DNA of 64,000 nucleotides from Takakia lepidozioides (taxonomy: Eukaryota > Plantae > Bryophyta), in NCBI GenBank assembly GCA_030704615.1, contig CM060731.1, forward strand, positions 11,284,001 through 11,348,000, written 5' to 3'. Positions 42,280 through 54,488 of this stretch are shown piece by piece. The notes beneath the pieces are model-generated. The model had not been told where the DNA came from. It did not search any database and saw nothing but the letters and a program-made list of their open reading frames with translations. Made by a program: the position numbers and the translations under genes. Numbering within the stretch: the first letter of the stretch is position 1; every line of letters begins with the position of its first letter.

Positions 42280-43768
42280 CTAGCAATTTTTGGGCTCAGG
42301 CCAATTGAATAGCCCCGTCATGAAACGCTTCACAACATTTTCTAGTTTGTACCGCAACTCTACTGTGTCTACACACAAGTTTTCCAGAGCGGAAGCAAAA
42401 CAGGTTCCAGTAGACATATCGTTGAACAGACTTGCATCGAACATGTTACCCCCATTTATTGCCTGGACTATCTTCCCAATTGCAAAGGTCTCTGATGGCA
42501 CGGTTAGAGGGGGCCTACGAGGTGTGCCATCTGACTGGTCATTGGCTACATTATGAACAATTGCAATTTCAGGTGCAATCCACCATCTATGTGCGAGTGT
42601 CTTTATCATCTTGTCTCTGCTCTCGAAAATGTACAACGTGGTTTTTGGGTCATCCGTCGTGGAGGCCATCCCTCAATCGCATACCCCGATGTACACATCT
42701 TCAGACCCTTGTGGAAAATGCAACAAGATGTTGTCGGGGGACATGTCGTTGTGCAAGAGGTGGTGATTATGGACGTTGAGCATGATGTGCAAAAACGCCC
42801 ATGCCAATTGGGTGCGATTATGTCGGAATGGAACCAGTCGGTTGACCTCCTGCATTTCTTAGCTCCGTCCCTTGTCGTTCCATTAACTCCCTGTTATCCC
42901 GATCATTCCCCCATTTCCTGTGAATACTCAACCATGATCGTATGGTCCCCCCATTCCACCAATGTGTGTAACATTTATTTCGACGTGGATGCAACGCAAA
43001 ATACTTTATGATGCCGAAATGATGAAACTTTACAGCCAACGCCCCATTGTTATGTTGGACTTTGGCAAGCTCAGCATTTGTTTCCCTGGGCGTTTTCCCT
43101 GCTAGCTCCCAAGATGGAGGAATGAATTGATCCCCAACAATTCTAACCCTCCGAATTGTACCATACCCTCCCTGTTTGGGCGCGTCGAGTTGTTGTATAT
43201 GTGCGTTTGTGGATATGTATCTCACGTTCAATGCCGCATCCGCGGACGAGGACCCTGCCTTCCATGGGAGTGGTTTTGTACGTCGTTTGGCGTGGGCCTT
43301 TGCCATGTCAGACCACCAATCCACAAGCATAAATAACTCCTCCTCCGAAGTTGGCATGCGACCTTCAGCTACAGGTGTTCTCGTAACAAACTTGTCCATG
43401 GTTTGCCTCAGATTCCATGTGGCATCATGGGCCCGGTCCTCCATTCATTTCGTGAACTGGAACTTCGCCCTGTCCTCCTCCCATTCATCCCCGGCCAAAG
43501 CCTCCCTCATTCTCATCTCCATATTGTGCTGGAATCTAAGGAACCCCTCATTCCCATGTCGGACATACAAAAGATTCAAACACATTATGTCATTGTCCTT
43601 AAAATAATCCAGCACTACTTGTTTCACCACCTTCGCGGCCTCTGCGCTTGGATAGACTTTTTTGTTGACCTGACTATCCCGTTTATGTGCATGTTTACGC
43701 TTTCTACATTTATGCCCACTTCCCGAGGAACCCCCTGACACTGCGTTTGAAGCAACGTTTCCGAACAT
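42280..43768 (-). pseudogene. Intronless non-RD protein kinase gene (cargo), ~495 aa when repaired
   Basis: QGGYGTI (Gly loop), LAGK (catalytic Lys), HNDMSPDNILL (catalytic loop), VCD*GMA (DWG with TGA), WIAPE. Two TGA stops and one frameshift; TATA at ~44060. Confidence 0.85.
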
Positions 43769-44129
43769 AATGAAAGTACTCTGCGGAATAGACGCGGCTT
43801 CGTAACGGAAAACTAAACCCAGACTATTGATAACCTTATATACTAGCAGACCAATTTTCCTCACCCTCTATTGGTATAGTACCCAAAGCAAACTCTCCCG
43901 CAGTCCCAGGAAAAAAAAGACAAAACTCCTCCCCCCACACAAATCCACTTTCCCCCCCCCCCCCCCTCAGTCCTGGCCACCGAAGTTCAAACTCCAAGAA
44001 GCCCCAGAAACGCACTCACAGAGAGGGAAAAAAATGGGTTGGGAATGAGGGGTAGGCCCTTATATACTGCCTGGAGAGGCCTGACGTGCGACCGCCTCTG
44101 TTGCCCATTCACGCCTCGTCACGAGTCCA

Positions 44130-44732
44130 GGGAGCGGTCGCACCTAATAACAAAAACGAAAAAGTCTGCGACCACACCCATTTAAAAAATAATTAAAAAT
44201 GTACGACCATCCCCTGCTGGTGGTCGCACCCATTTAAAAAATAATTAAAAATGTGCGACCATCCTCTGCTGGTGGTCGCATCTATTTAAAAAAAAATGAA
44301 AAAGTTGCGACCACCACCTGCTGCTGGTCGCACCTATTTAAAAAAAAAAAAATTGCGACCAACACCTGCGCACCCAATTTAAAAAAAAGAAAAAATGTGC
44401 GACCACCTTCTGCTTGTGGTCGCACCTATTAAAAAAAATTGAAAATGTTGCGACCACCACCTGCTGCTGGTCGTACCTATTTAAAAAAATAAATAAAATT
44501 GCGACCAACACCTGCTAGTGGTCGCACCCAATTTAAAAAAAAGAAAAAATGTGCGACCACCTTCTGCTTGTGGTCGCACCTATTAAAAAAAATGAAAATG
44601 TTGCGACCACCACCTGCTGGTGGTCGCACCCATTTAAAAAACAAGCAAAAATGTGCGACCACCCCCTTCTGGTAGTCGCACCTATTTAAAAAAATTAAAA
44701 ATTTGTCCGACCAACCTTTGCTGACGGTCGCA
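44130..44732. repeat. Palindrome array 3 (~12 units, period 50-52 bp), right subterminal and upstream of the kinase
   Basis: Units at 44254, 44306, 44398, 44449, 44500, 44552, 44602, 44654. Confidence 0.9.
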
Positions 44733-44972
44733 TGATTGACAATATAAATCATAATATATGAATTTTACAGATAATTAATGAAGTCCACGTAATGAGGCCA
44801 CATTGGTTGCCACGTCGGTTCTCATAGTAAATAATCAATAGTAAAGTAAAAAAATAAACATATTTATGTACAGTAACGTCGGTTTCGGACGTGACGTGAC
44901 ACACGTCCGGCGCTGACTTCGGACGTGACGCTGACGCGTCAACGCCACGTCACGTCCAAATTTGCAACTAGG

Positions 44973-45715
44973 CTTGGCTGGTGGAATAATACCATTAAGG
45001 CTGTGAATGTGTGGAGAGAAATTAAAGTACTTGTCGAGTAGCAAGACGTCTTGCCTATTGTACCAGTGGGTATAGTCGTGGGATTTTCAGATGTGATTTG
45101 AGCCATGCCCACATGTATTGTTTTCTCGATGGAATCGATGCTTGAGTCGAAGTACACGTGGGCAATGTTGTCTTGTCCGTAGATCCTGTGGAGAGCTGTC
45201 AATGTGTTTTTCTAAGAGTAAAGCATGTTCAAGTTTTTGGCAGTAACTGTGAGGGCATCCCGCTCGGCGATCGTCACTCTAGTAGTAGCTTGTATCCCTG
45301 TCATACTGATCTTTCGGGTACGAAGCTGAGGTTTGATGAGGGTGTATTGAATATGGACTTCCATTGTCATGATACGTTGTTTTGTGTCTTTCGACACAAG
45401 ATAGATGAACCCAAAATTTGCTTCAATGTTGGGTTTGATAACGTGGAGGATCGCGAACTCATCCCCATGCCCATAAGTCTCCAGAATGAAGTGTGCTGAT
45501 AGTTTGTAGCCAATTGTTCCTACAAGATTTCATTGGCTATATTGTACAGAGACAACTGTTCCGATGAGGCAGTCATGTCAAAGACTTTCACCACCTTTCC
45601 TTGTATGTATTCTCTGGTGGCCATTTCTAGCACAAAAGCCCTATCATTCCTAAGACGTGCAAGTCCATCCACCTCCGGGTGCAGAAGTTCAATTTTTAGG
45701 AGCCTTGACCATTAA
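44973..45715 (-). pseudogene. 5' part of the degenerate ORF split by the hAT (unclassified; possibly a retroelement ORF1)
   Basis: Successive frameshifted coding-like segments (SKDTKQRIMTMEVH.., LHRIYGQDNIAHVYF.., LLDKYFNFSPHIHSLNG). Confidence 0.45.
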
Positions 45716-46455
45716 TCTAGTAAGCAGGTTTGTTAGGCATACGATAAGAGGAAGGGATGAAAGAGACTTGGGTGATTATTTGTTAGTATAGCATAAAGCA
45801 CACTCACTACACGGGGGTTTCATTAAAAATAAATCAGTTCCAAAAGGGTAGTTACAAGGTTTATTTGTGAGTATATAAGGAGACACAAGCCAGGTGGTTG
45901 GATTGGATGGGAGAAGATATCAGATGTTTATGGCAGAAACAAAATTGTTCAAATGGTTTTTATTCATAGCTCTTGAGAAGACCACCAAGTAAATAATATA
46001 GTACATCATTGCCTTTTCCCAATGTCAAGGCTATTTTAGATGACGACCTATGTTTTGGTTGACTTAATTGGTAAAGATGTTTTTTCAAGATATATCTGAA
46101 CGCAAGGTGAAGCTGGATGTGAAGCATGGGAGTTTTACAAGTAGGTCTAGTACCTACAGATTTTGGGCTACATCTTGGTGACAATTTTCAAACAATGTCA
46201 GTTGAGCAGTACAGTTTAATCGACTATGTAGTCGAATGTGGTCACCATGTGGTGAGGCTCTAAAGTATTTAGTTGTGAAAACGTTGAAAATCACCACTAA
46301 GTGAATGATATAATTAGTATGAAGTTTGTTGCAGTTGAACATCGTTCTCACTACTCATAGTATATTGAAATATTTTCATTAGATATTTTCTGGATATTTA
46401 GTTGATTTTCAGTGAAACTTTCACTATATGAACTAATTATAGTGAAAGTTATGCT

Positions 46456-46528
46456 TGAAGATGATCAAACTTTGAACCAACAGCTTCTTGCTTGCAAAAC
46501 ATGCGTTTTACCGATTGAACTGAATTTC
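46456..46528 (-). pseudogene. Decayed tRNA-Ala(UGC)-like sequence
   Basis: gaaattc AGTTCAATCGGTAAAAC g catgt TTTGCAA gcaag aagct gttgg TTCAAAG tttgat catcttc a: tRNA spacing, A/B boxes and TGC anticodon, but poorly paired stems. Confidence 0.5.
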
Positions 46529-47613
46529 AACTATTAGCAGTAGTGTATTTCATTTTTTGTCGGTATGGTGAAATATCTACATTATAACCATACTAACAAG
46601 TATATATATATGTACAATTGAAACCTAGACCCGCTTCACGGGGCTGCAGGTAGTAAGTATAGCGGGGTTTGGATCCATTAGGTGGGTTTGGGTATTTGGT
46701 GATGATTTGTGTCCAAAACCGGGGGCTACTTGGGTCAGGACTGAGACCCCACAACCACGGTTATTTCCTCTTGCATGGTGAAATGAAATTATGTTTTACA
46801 CTTGTTTTGATAAGAGTTAATGTTTTTTGGATGTTATTTCTTCAAAATTTGTTCAATACTTTCAACATCCCATTGATTCAATGGTTAGGCCAAAAGGCTA
46901 GACTTTGCGCCTCAAGAAGAAATGCTTAATATTTTTGATCAACCCATTCCATATGGGATACCAATCCTTCATAAGGCAATTATGGGGTTGAACGTTTGGA
47001 CAACGTACTAGGATTTATCACACTTATTTTAAAATTATAATTTGTGCATAAAGAGCCCAATCACATAGAATGTGGTTTCTAATTTCTATATATATGCATT
47101 GACAATATATAAGGAATGCTAAAGTCATTCCATCATTGCATATCTAATCTTCTAGTTGACAAAAGATATGTGACAAAGAAAAAGAAATGTTTCTCTAAAC
47201 ATTAATGTGAACGTCAAAATGACTCTTAATTTATATACCGGCCTCGACCGATACTTTTCTCTTTCTCGATTCCAATCTGCTTCAATCACTTCCTTATCAG
47301 AGACAAACATGCACCATATTGAACTAGTAACGTGCATCTATAGAAGACATGATGATATTTTGTTTTGCTCCGAGTTGTGTGTGTGAATCCTAACAACCCT
47401 ACAATGGAGTGTTTGGATGAGAGGTAGCAAGTGGTTTGAAGACTTCCGCGATTTCATTTGATAAGAAAGCCATAGCCACAAATGACATACTTGCCACCCC
47501 CTCCAGCAAAGACCGGTAGAAGAATTACACTGCATGTCGGAAGATCCTTACAACTATCCATCCTCTTGAATACCTCCAAAGTCCTTAAATAAATTACATT
47601 AAGTAACCACTTG

Positions 47614-50600
47614 TGTCGCGGCCCTTTGCCTTGAGGGCAGGGGGGTCGGGACACATGAGGGGCTGCCCCTGTGGTGGGGGCAGCGGCAGCGATAGGTATG
47701 GGGGGCTGAAGCACCCTTGAGTGCCCAAGGCACTCAGGGAAGCGGAGGCGCTCACTAGGTGGAGCCCCGCACACCAGATTGCGGTGGGGGTGACATAGGA
47801 CTCACCATGGGGGCGGAGACCTCGTGGTGGGAGTCGTGGGGAGTCTTGGGACTCATCACGGTCCATAGGGGCCGTGGTGAGTGGGCCAAGACTCACCGCG
47901 ACTCATCACCAGGAGTCGAGGGTTTTCGTGGTGGTTCGCCATAAAATGGCATGGCTGGTTGTGAAACCCCCGCGGACAGCTACAGAAGTATATATAAGGG
48001 GAGTAGTGACCCCGAGAACGGTGCAAGCCCGTTGGTGACCAAAAACTAGTGAGTAAGCGAGCGAGCCGGAAAGCGACCAAAGAGTGGGGAGCTGTTCCGG
48101 ACTGCCATCTACCAAAGGGAATTCTCCTAGTCCCAAACAGGTGGAGGGTTTAGTGGGAAGCAAAGGGGGACCGTTATGTCCCGGTGAGCAGCCGAAGCTC
48201 CAAGTTGGCCCGGGCGGCCAGGTTGGAGTCAGGCGCGCGCATCAAAGCGAGTACTATGACTTGAAGGGGAGCTTACCGAAGTGAGGTGCGCGACACTTGG
48301 TATCAGAGCTTAGAGTTCAGTATGCGATCGTCCTTGGGATTGGCCTCATCATGGGGTCGGGCAAGCCAAAGCGAAAGCGGAACGGCCCAAAAGATGATGA
48401 TCCTGGTGAGCCCGATGGGGGCGACGTGTCACCGAAGCGAAGCGGCTGTTTGAGGAAGCGACGCAGGTTTCTGAAAGCGAGGCCGCTCAAGAGCGGGATG
48501 AATCCGAGGAGTCGGAGCCCGATGAATCCGTGAGAGCTCCGACCGACCAACAGATGCCTCCCATGCCGGCAGTCTTTTGGGAAGGGTTGTTGGCGCAGTT
48601 TGGCGGGACGTTGAAAGACGTGTTGAAGGCGGCTAATGCCACTTCCACTAAGGCAAAGTTTAAGGTGAAGCCTAAGGAACCCGGCACCTTCGAGGGCGTC
48701 CGAAATCGGAAGGCACTCAACACCTGGCTCCTGGAGCTAGAGCAGTACTTCCGGGCGGCCAAGTTGAGTGACGAGGATCGGGTGGAAGTGGCTCCCACCT
48801 ATTTGAGGGCTATGCTCAACAATGGTGGCAGAATGCCTTCACGACCGAGGCCCAAGCCCGGAAACCTTGAACTGGAGTGGGTTCAAGGAATTGATGAAGA
48901 TACAGTTTGTGCCCCTCAACGCGTCCTGGCTTGCCCGGGACAAGATGAGGAATTTGAAGCAAACAGATGACATTCGGGGGTATGTCCAGGCTTTCAATGT
49001 GCTGTTGTTCGAAGTCGCGGACATGGCAGAACTAGAAATGGTCTTCAACTTTGTGGCGGGACTGGCCCCATGGGCCAGGCGGAAGTTGGAGGAAAGCCAC
49101 CCAAGACTTTGAACGAGGCAATTGAGAGGGCTGAATGTTTCTCGGATGTCCCTAGGGGTGAGAGACAAGGCCGTACGGAGCTGAACCACAAGAAGACCCG
49201 GCGGGAAGGTGACTCTTTCCGACCGGAAAAGAAGTGGGATAGGCCACGCGGCGGACAATGGCACGTGGAAATCGAAGGGAGGGCCTTCACACGTCAAGGC
49301 GGCACCCGGTGCTTCGAAAGGAAAAGCGGGTGGAGCGGCTTATGGCGGACAGAAGGCGACCTTTGATGGAGTGTGTTTCAATTGCGGGGAGCCCGGGCAC
49401 ATGGCCAAGAAGTGCACGAAGCCCTGGCAATTGAACATGACTTGGGCGACCACGGAGCTGTCGGAAGATACCATCAGTCGCTTGGTGGAAGCGGTGGTCG
49501 CCAGGACTTGCAAGGTAGGCAAATTTTCTTGTGAGTTGTATCAGGAAACTGGCGCCTTACGAAAAGGGAGTCAGTTATTGTTCGTGGATGGGATAATATC
49601 CGGAACTAATGTGTCGTTGTTGGTGGACACAGGAGCGTCGCACTCCTTCATGACACCGGCAACGGCACAAAAGCTGGGACTCCCGACAAGTGACGTGGGG
49701 CCTCTATTGAGGTGCGTTCTGCCAAAGGAGAACCACAGTTGGCGACAAGGTTGGCGTTTGATGTTCCTCTTCAACTGGGGAGTTGGGAGGGACGTGAGAA
49801 CTTCACCATCTGCGAGATCGAGGAGTAGATCTCATTTTGGGGATGACCTTTTTGAGCAAATCCGGAGCGGTCATAGATGGCCGCAAGAGAGTAGTCACGC
49901 TGCCATGTAGGAATGGTGGCGAGGTTTTACGAGTGTCGGAAACGCCCAAATCCGTGGAAGGGCAAATAAACCTCTTGTCAGCAAGGGAGTGGGCCGTGGA
50001 GGAGGCACACGAACCCCAGTTTTTGCTTTACATTAGAGAAGTGAAGGGAAAAGGCGATGGGAGCCGAGCCCAGATTGGATCAAGGGGATTTTGGAGAAAT
50101 ACCAGGATGTGATGCCGGAGGATTTACCAAGCGGCTTGCCACCGCGAAGAGGAGTTGACCACAAGATTGAGGTGATACCGGGAACAGAACCGCCTGCCAA
50201 GGCACCCTACCGGTTGAGCCACAGGGAGTTGGTCGAGTTGAAGACTCAGCTCAAGGATCTAATGTCAAAGGGGTACATCCGGCCGAGTAAGTCACCTTAC
50301 GGAGCCCCGGTGCTATTTGCAGACAAGAAGGATGGGACGCTGCTGATGTGTGTCGATTACAGGGCTTTGAATAAGGTGACTATCAAAAACCGGTACCCTT
50401 TGCCAAGGATTGACGACCTCTTCGATCGGTTGGCAGGAGCGAAGTATTTCAGCCGGATCGACTTGCGCTCCGGCTATCATCAAATTCGGGTGGCGGAAGG
50501 AGATGAGGAGAAGACCGCGTGCAGGACAAGGTATGGTTCATATGAGTTCTTGGTGATGCCTTTTGGGCTCACCAATGCACCAGCGACATTTAGCACGCTG

Positions 50601-53600
50601 ATGAACAGCCTTTTTCAGGAGTGGTTGGATGACTTTGTGATCGTGTACATCGACGACATCTTGGTGTACTCGAAAACAAAGGAGGAGCACCTGGAGCACC
50701 CCAAAAGGGTGTTCCAAAAATTGCGAGAAGGGAAGCTGTATGCCAAAGCTTCAAAGTGCGAATTCGGGGTCACAAAAGTGGAGTTCTTGGGGCATGTGAT
50801 TACACAGGATGGGATCAAATGGATGACAGAAAGGTGAGGGCGATCTTGGACTGGGAGCCTCCGACTTCGGTCCCGGAGTGCGATCCTTCCTAGGACTCGC
50901 CTCCTATTACCGGAAGTATGTGAGAAATTTCGCCAAGATCGCGGGGCCGCTGTCGGACCTTCTGTGTAAATCCAAAGTCTGGGTATGGAATACATTTTGT
51001 GGCCAAGCTTTTGCTGAATTGAAGCAGCGGATGGCGGAAGCTCCAGTCTTGAAAATCCTGGAGTTCGATCGTACATTTGAGATTCATACAGATGCGTCGG
51101 ACTTCGCGATTGGGGTGTACTTATGCAAGATGGACGTCCAGTGGCTTACGAAAGTAAGAAACTGAATGAAGTGGAGCGACGGTGGCCGACGCACGAAAAA
51201 GAGATGAAGGCGGTGGTGCATTGCCTTGAGCTTTGGCGCCACTATGTTGGTTCCAACCCAGTGAAGGTGTTCACGGACAATGTCACAGTGAAGTATTTTG
51301 CCACGCAGCCCAAGTTGTCCCCAAAACAACTTAGGTGGCAAGATACTTTGGCGGTGTTCGACGTGGATATCCAGTACAAACCGGGACGGGACAATGTGGT
51401 GGCCGATGCTTTAAGTAGAAAGCAGCAGCTCTTGTTGGTGTACAAGGGCGAGACGGCACTCCAAAGGAAGATCCGGAAGGCTTGCCGGAAGGATGAGCTG
51501 GCGAAGTCCGTGATGCAGGACTTGAGGATGGGGGTTAAATCGCAGTTCCACTTGCAAAATGGACTGCTCCGGTATAAGCAAAAACGTCTCTACGTGCCAA
51601 AGGGAGGGATCAGAGATAGCCTCTTGAGAGAATGCCATGATAGCCCGCTTGCGGGCCACGACGGAGCCAAGCGCACTGCGGCACTCCTGAAGAAAGAGTA
51701 TTTCTGGCCCAAACTGAGGGAGGAGGCAGAGGAGTATGTCAAGACATGCACCACATGCCAACAAAACCGGAGCGAGTACAAAAAGCAAGCGGGGCTGTTA
51801 CAACCCTTGCCGATTCCAGAGGGGACTTGGGAAAGCGTCTCGATGGATTTCATGACTACTATGCCGCTGTCAAAAGGATTCGATGCAATCATGGTGGTGG
51901 TGGATAGGTTCAGTAAAATGGGCCATTTCATCCCCACCAAGGAGACGGCAACGGCGCAGGAGACAGGGCGACTTTACTTCGCCCACGTCTTAAAGCATCA
52001 TGGAGTCCCGAAGGATATTGTCTCGGACCGCGATCCAAAGTTTACGAGTAAATTTTGGAGGACACTTTGGAAGAAGATGGGGACGAGGCTGAAGATGAGC
52101 ACCGCCTTCCGACCTACGACGGACGGCCAAACGGAAAGAGTGAATTCCGTAGTGAAGCAGATCTTGCGGAATTACGTGTCGGCAGACCAATCAGACTCGA
52201 TGGAACACTTAGACGCGGCAGAGTTCTGTTATAATAACACAGAACACTCCGCAACGGGAGTTTCCCCTTTCGTATTGGTCTATGGAAAAGCACCTCTGGT
52301 GCCGACAAGTTGGGCCGCCCAGGACGTTGAGGAACCGGCAGTAGCGGCGGTATTGGAAGAACGCGAGCGTTTGTTGAAGCTCGCAAAGTACAACATTGCC
52401 AAAGCTAGGAAACGGTATGAAAGGCAGGCGAATCGGAAGCGGAGGGAAGTGAAGTTTGAGGCAGGTACAGAGGTCTGGTTGAACATCAAAAATTTCCGAC
52501 TACCTCCGGAAGTGAGTCCGAAGTTCGTACCTCCGTATGCGGGACCCTTTCGCATTCGGAAGGTTATGAATGAGGATGTGTATGAATTGGAGCTGCCGAC
52601 AAACAGTAAGGTGCACCCAGTATTCCATGTATCCCTTTTGAAGCCTTACTTCAAAGATGAAGCGCGTCCGAATCGGCATCAAGTGTTGCGTCCGCCACCT
52701 ATGCTGTTGGATCATGAAAATGAACCTGAGTACGAGGTGGAGGCAATACTTAAGTCGAGGAGGTTCAGGAACGAGAAACGGAGTATCTCGTCAAATGGAA
52801 GGGCTATCATCATGTGGAGGCATCTTGGGTGCGTGCCTCAGAAATGGGAAACGCATCCGAGGCGGTTGCAGCTTTCGAAGGGCGACCTCAAAAGCGGAAG
52901 AAGCGTTGATGGGGACATCAACCTTGGAGCGTGGGGGAGGAAATGCATGCTTAGCCCGGCTTAGCTAGCTTAGGAATCCGATTACAAAAACTTGTATTCT
53001 ACAAAAATTTGTTATAAAGGAAATGGGTTCCAAATGTTGTGCGTCCTATTTTGTTTGGAATGGTGATACATGGTATGGTTGGCTACTGTGTAGAATGCAT
53101 GCTAGCTTATAAAAGTGGGAGAGGTAAATTGGGTTAATCGTGTGTTTGCGTAGTGCCGAAATCGGGTGACCCCCATCCAAGGGGCAAGGAAACTTGCGAC
53201 TTCTTTGGGAGTTCACGTGCTAGTGCGCACCTGGCGCGTGCGCGTACTATAACTGAGCTACCGAGGGGGTTGCCTTGTAGTGCGGGCTAACGCGAAAGCT
53301 ACGTGCTTCCGTTCACGTACTATAATCGTGTAGCCTCGGGACGAAGTCGTAGTGCGGCTTCGGCGTGTTCCCGTACCTCAGGTCAGCATTCCAAGGCGGA
53401 CCCAATTGTAGTGATTGGGGCACACGGTTGGTTCAAGGTTATCTTCCTAGTCAACGAGGGTTCCAGGTGAACCCTTGCTCAAGGTGATGCCAAAAGCGGC
53501 ATCATGAGCGATCGCAAGCAATGTTGTTGCAGTAAGGCGATTCGATCCTCGGGGAGGATCGTTCCTTGGCCTTGAAGTAGGCCAAGAAGAGTGCACTGGG

Positions 53601-54488
53601 AGGAGCTGGAGAGGCTCCACCCTTGGCCGGGACTTGGAGGAAGTCGGCCGAACTAGCTAGTGGAGGGTAGAGTCAAGTGTGGGGTTTGGTTCTTTGCCAT
53701 GGGACGCCATGGTACGGAAACAAACTCCTTGATGTGGGACGCCACAACTTGGATGTTCGTTTCTACAAAATGGACAAGTCGATGAGGACATCGACTCCCT
53801 GTTGGTAGGGGTGTGTGTCGCGGCCCTTTGCCTTGAGGGCAGGGTGGTCGGGACACATGAGGGGCTGCCCCTGTGGTGGGGGCAGCGGCAGCGATAGGTA
53901 TGGGGGGCTGAAGCTCTTTCCGGCTCGCTCGCTTACTCACTAGTTTTTGGTCACCAACGGGCTTGCACCGTTCTCGGGGTCACTACTCCCCTTATATATA
54001 CTTTTGTAGCTGTCCGCGGGGGTTTCACAACCAGCCATGCCATTTTATGGCGAACCACCACGAAAACCCTCGACTCCTGGTGATGAGTCGCGGTGAGTCT
54101 TGGCCCACTCACCACGGCCCCTATGGACCGTGATGAGTCCCAAGACTCCCCACGACTCCCACCACGAGGTCTCCGCCCCCATGGTGAGTCCTATGCCACC
54201 CCCACCGCAATCTGGTGTGCGGGGCTCCACCTAGTGAGCGCCTCCGCTTCCCTGAGTGCCTTGGGCACCAAAGAGTGGGGAGCTGTTCCGGACTGCCATC
54301 TACCAAAGGGAATTCTCCTAGTCCCAAACAGGTGGAGGGTTTAGTGGGAAGCGGAGGGGGACCGTTATGTCCCGGTGAGCAGCCGAAGCTCCAAGTTGGC
54401 CTGGGCGGCCAGGTTGGGAGTCAGGCGCGCGCATCAAAGCGAGTAACTATGACTTGAAGGGGAGCTTACCGAAGTGAGGTGCGCGACA
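47614..54488 (+). mobile_element. Ty3/gypsy chromovirus copy 2 of the same family (LTRs 47614-48295 and 53816-54488)
   Basis: TSD ACTTG; PBS TGGTATCAGAGC at 48298; gag CFNCGEPGHMAKKC; protease VDTGAS; RT YIDD; RNase H; integrase HHCC/DDE and GPF module; chromodomain (EYEVEAIL..). Several 1-bp frameshifts. Confidence 0.96.

Larger units (their letters stand above)
23602..44972 (+). mobile_element. Giant non-autonomous hAT DNA transposon with cargo genes (21,371 bp including nested LTR element)
   Basis: 8-bp direct repeat CTTGGCTG at 23594-23601 and 44973-44980; imperfect TIRs TAGGGTTGCA / CCTAGTTGCA; ACGT-rich termini; inverted subterminal arrays; hAT transposase remnant inside. Confidence 0.82.

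Noticed and set aside
46625-46655. Possible Helitron 3' end (cccg-cttca-cggg hairpin near CTAG/GTAG)
   Set aside because: 4-bp stem, non-canonical spacing, no 5' end or Rep/helicase.
53100-53680. Twister or hammerhead ribozyme in the gypsy 3' region
   Set aside because: Only partial resemblance; conserved catalytic cores and pseudoknot pairings not found.
54441-54454. GAGTAACTATGACT in the LTR end resembles a conserved LSU rRNA segment
   Set aside because: Only 14 nt with no flanking rRNA similarity; probably chance.
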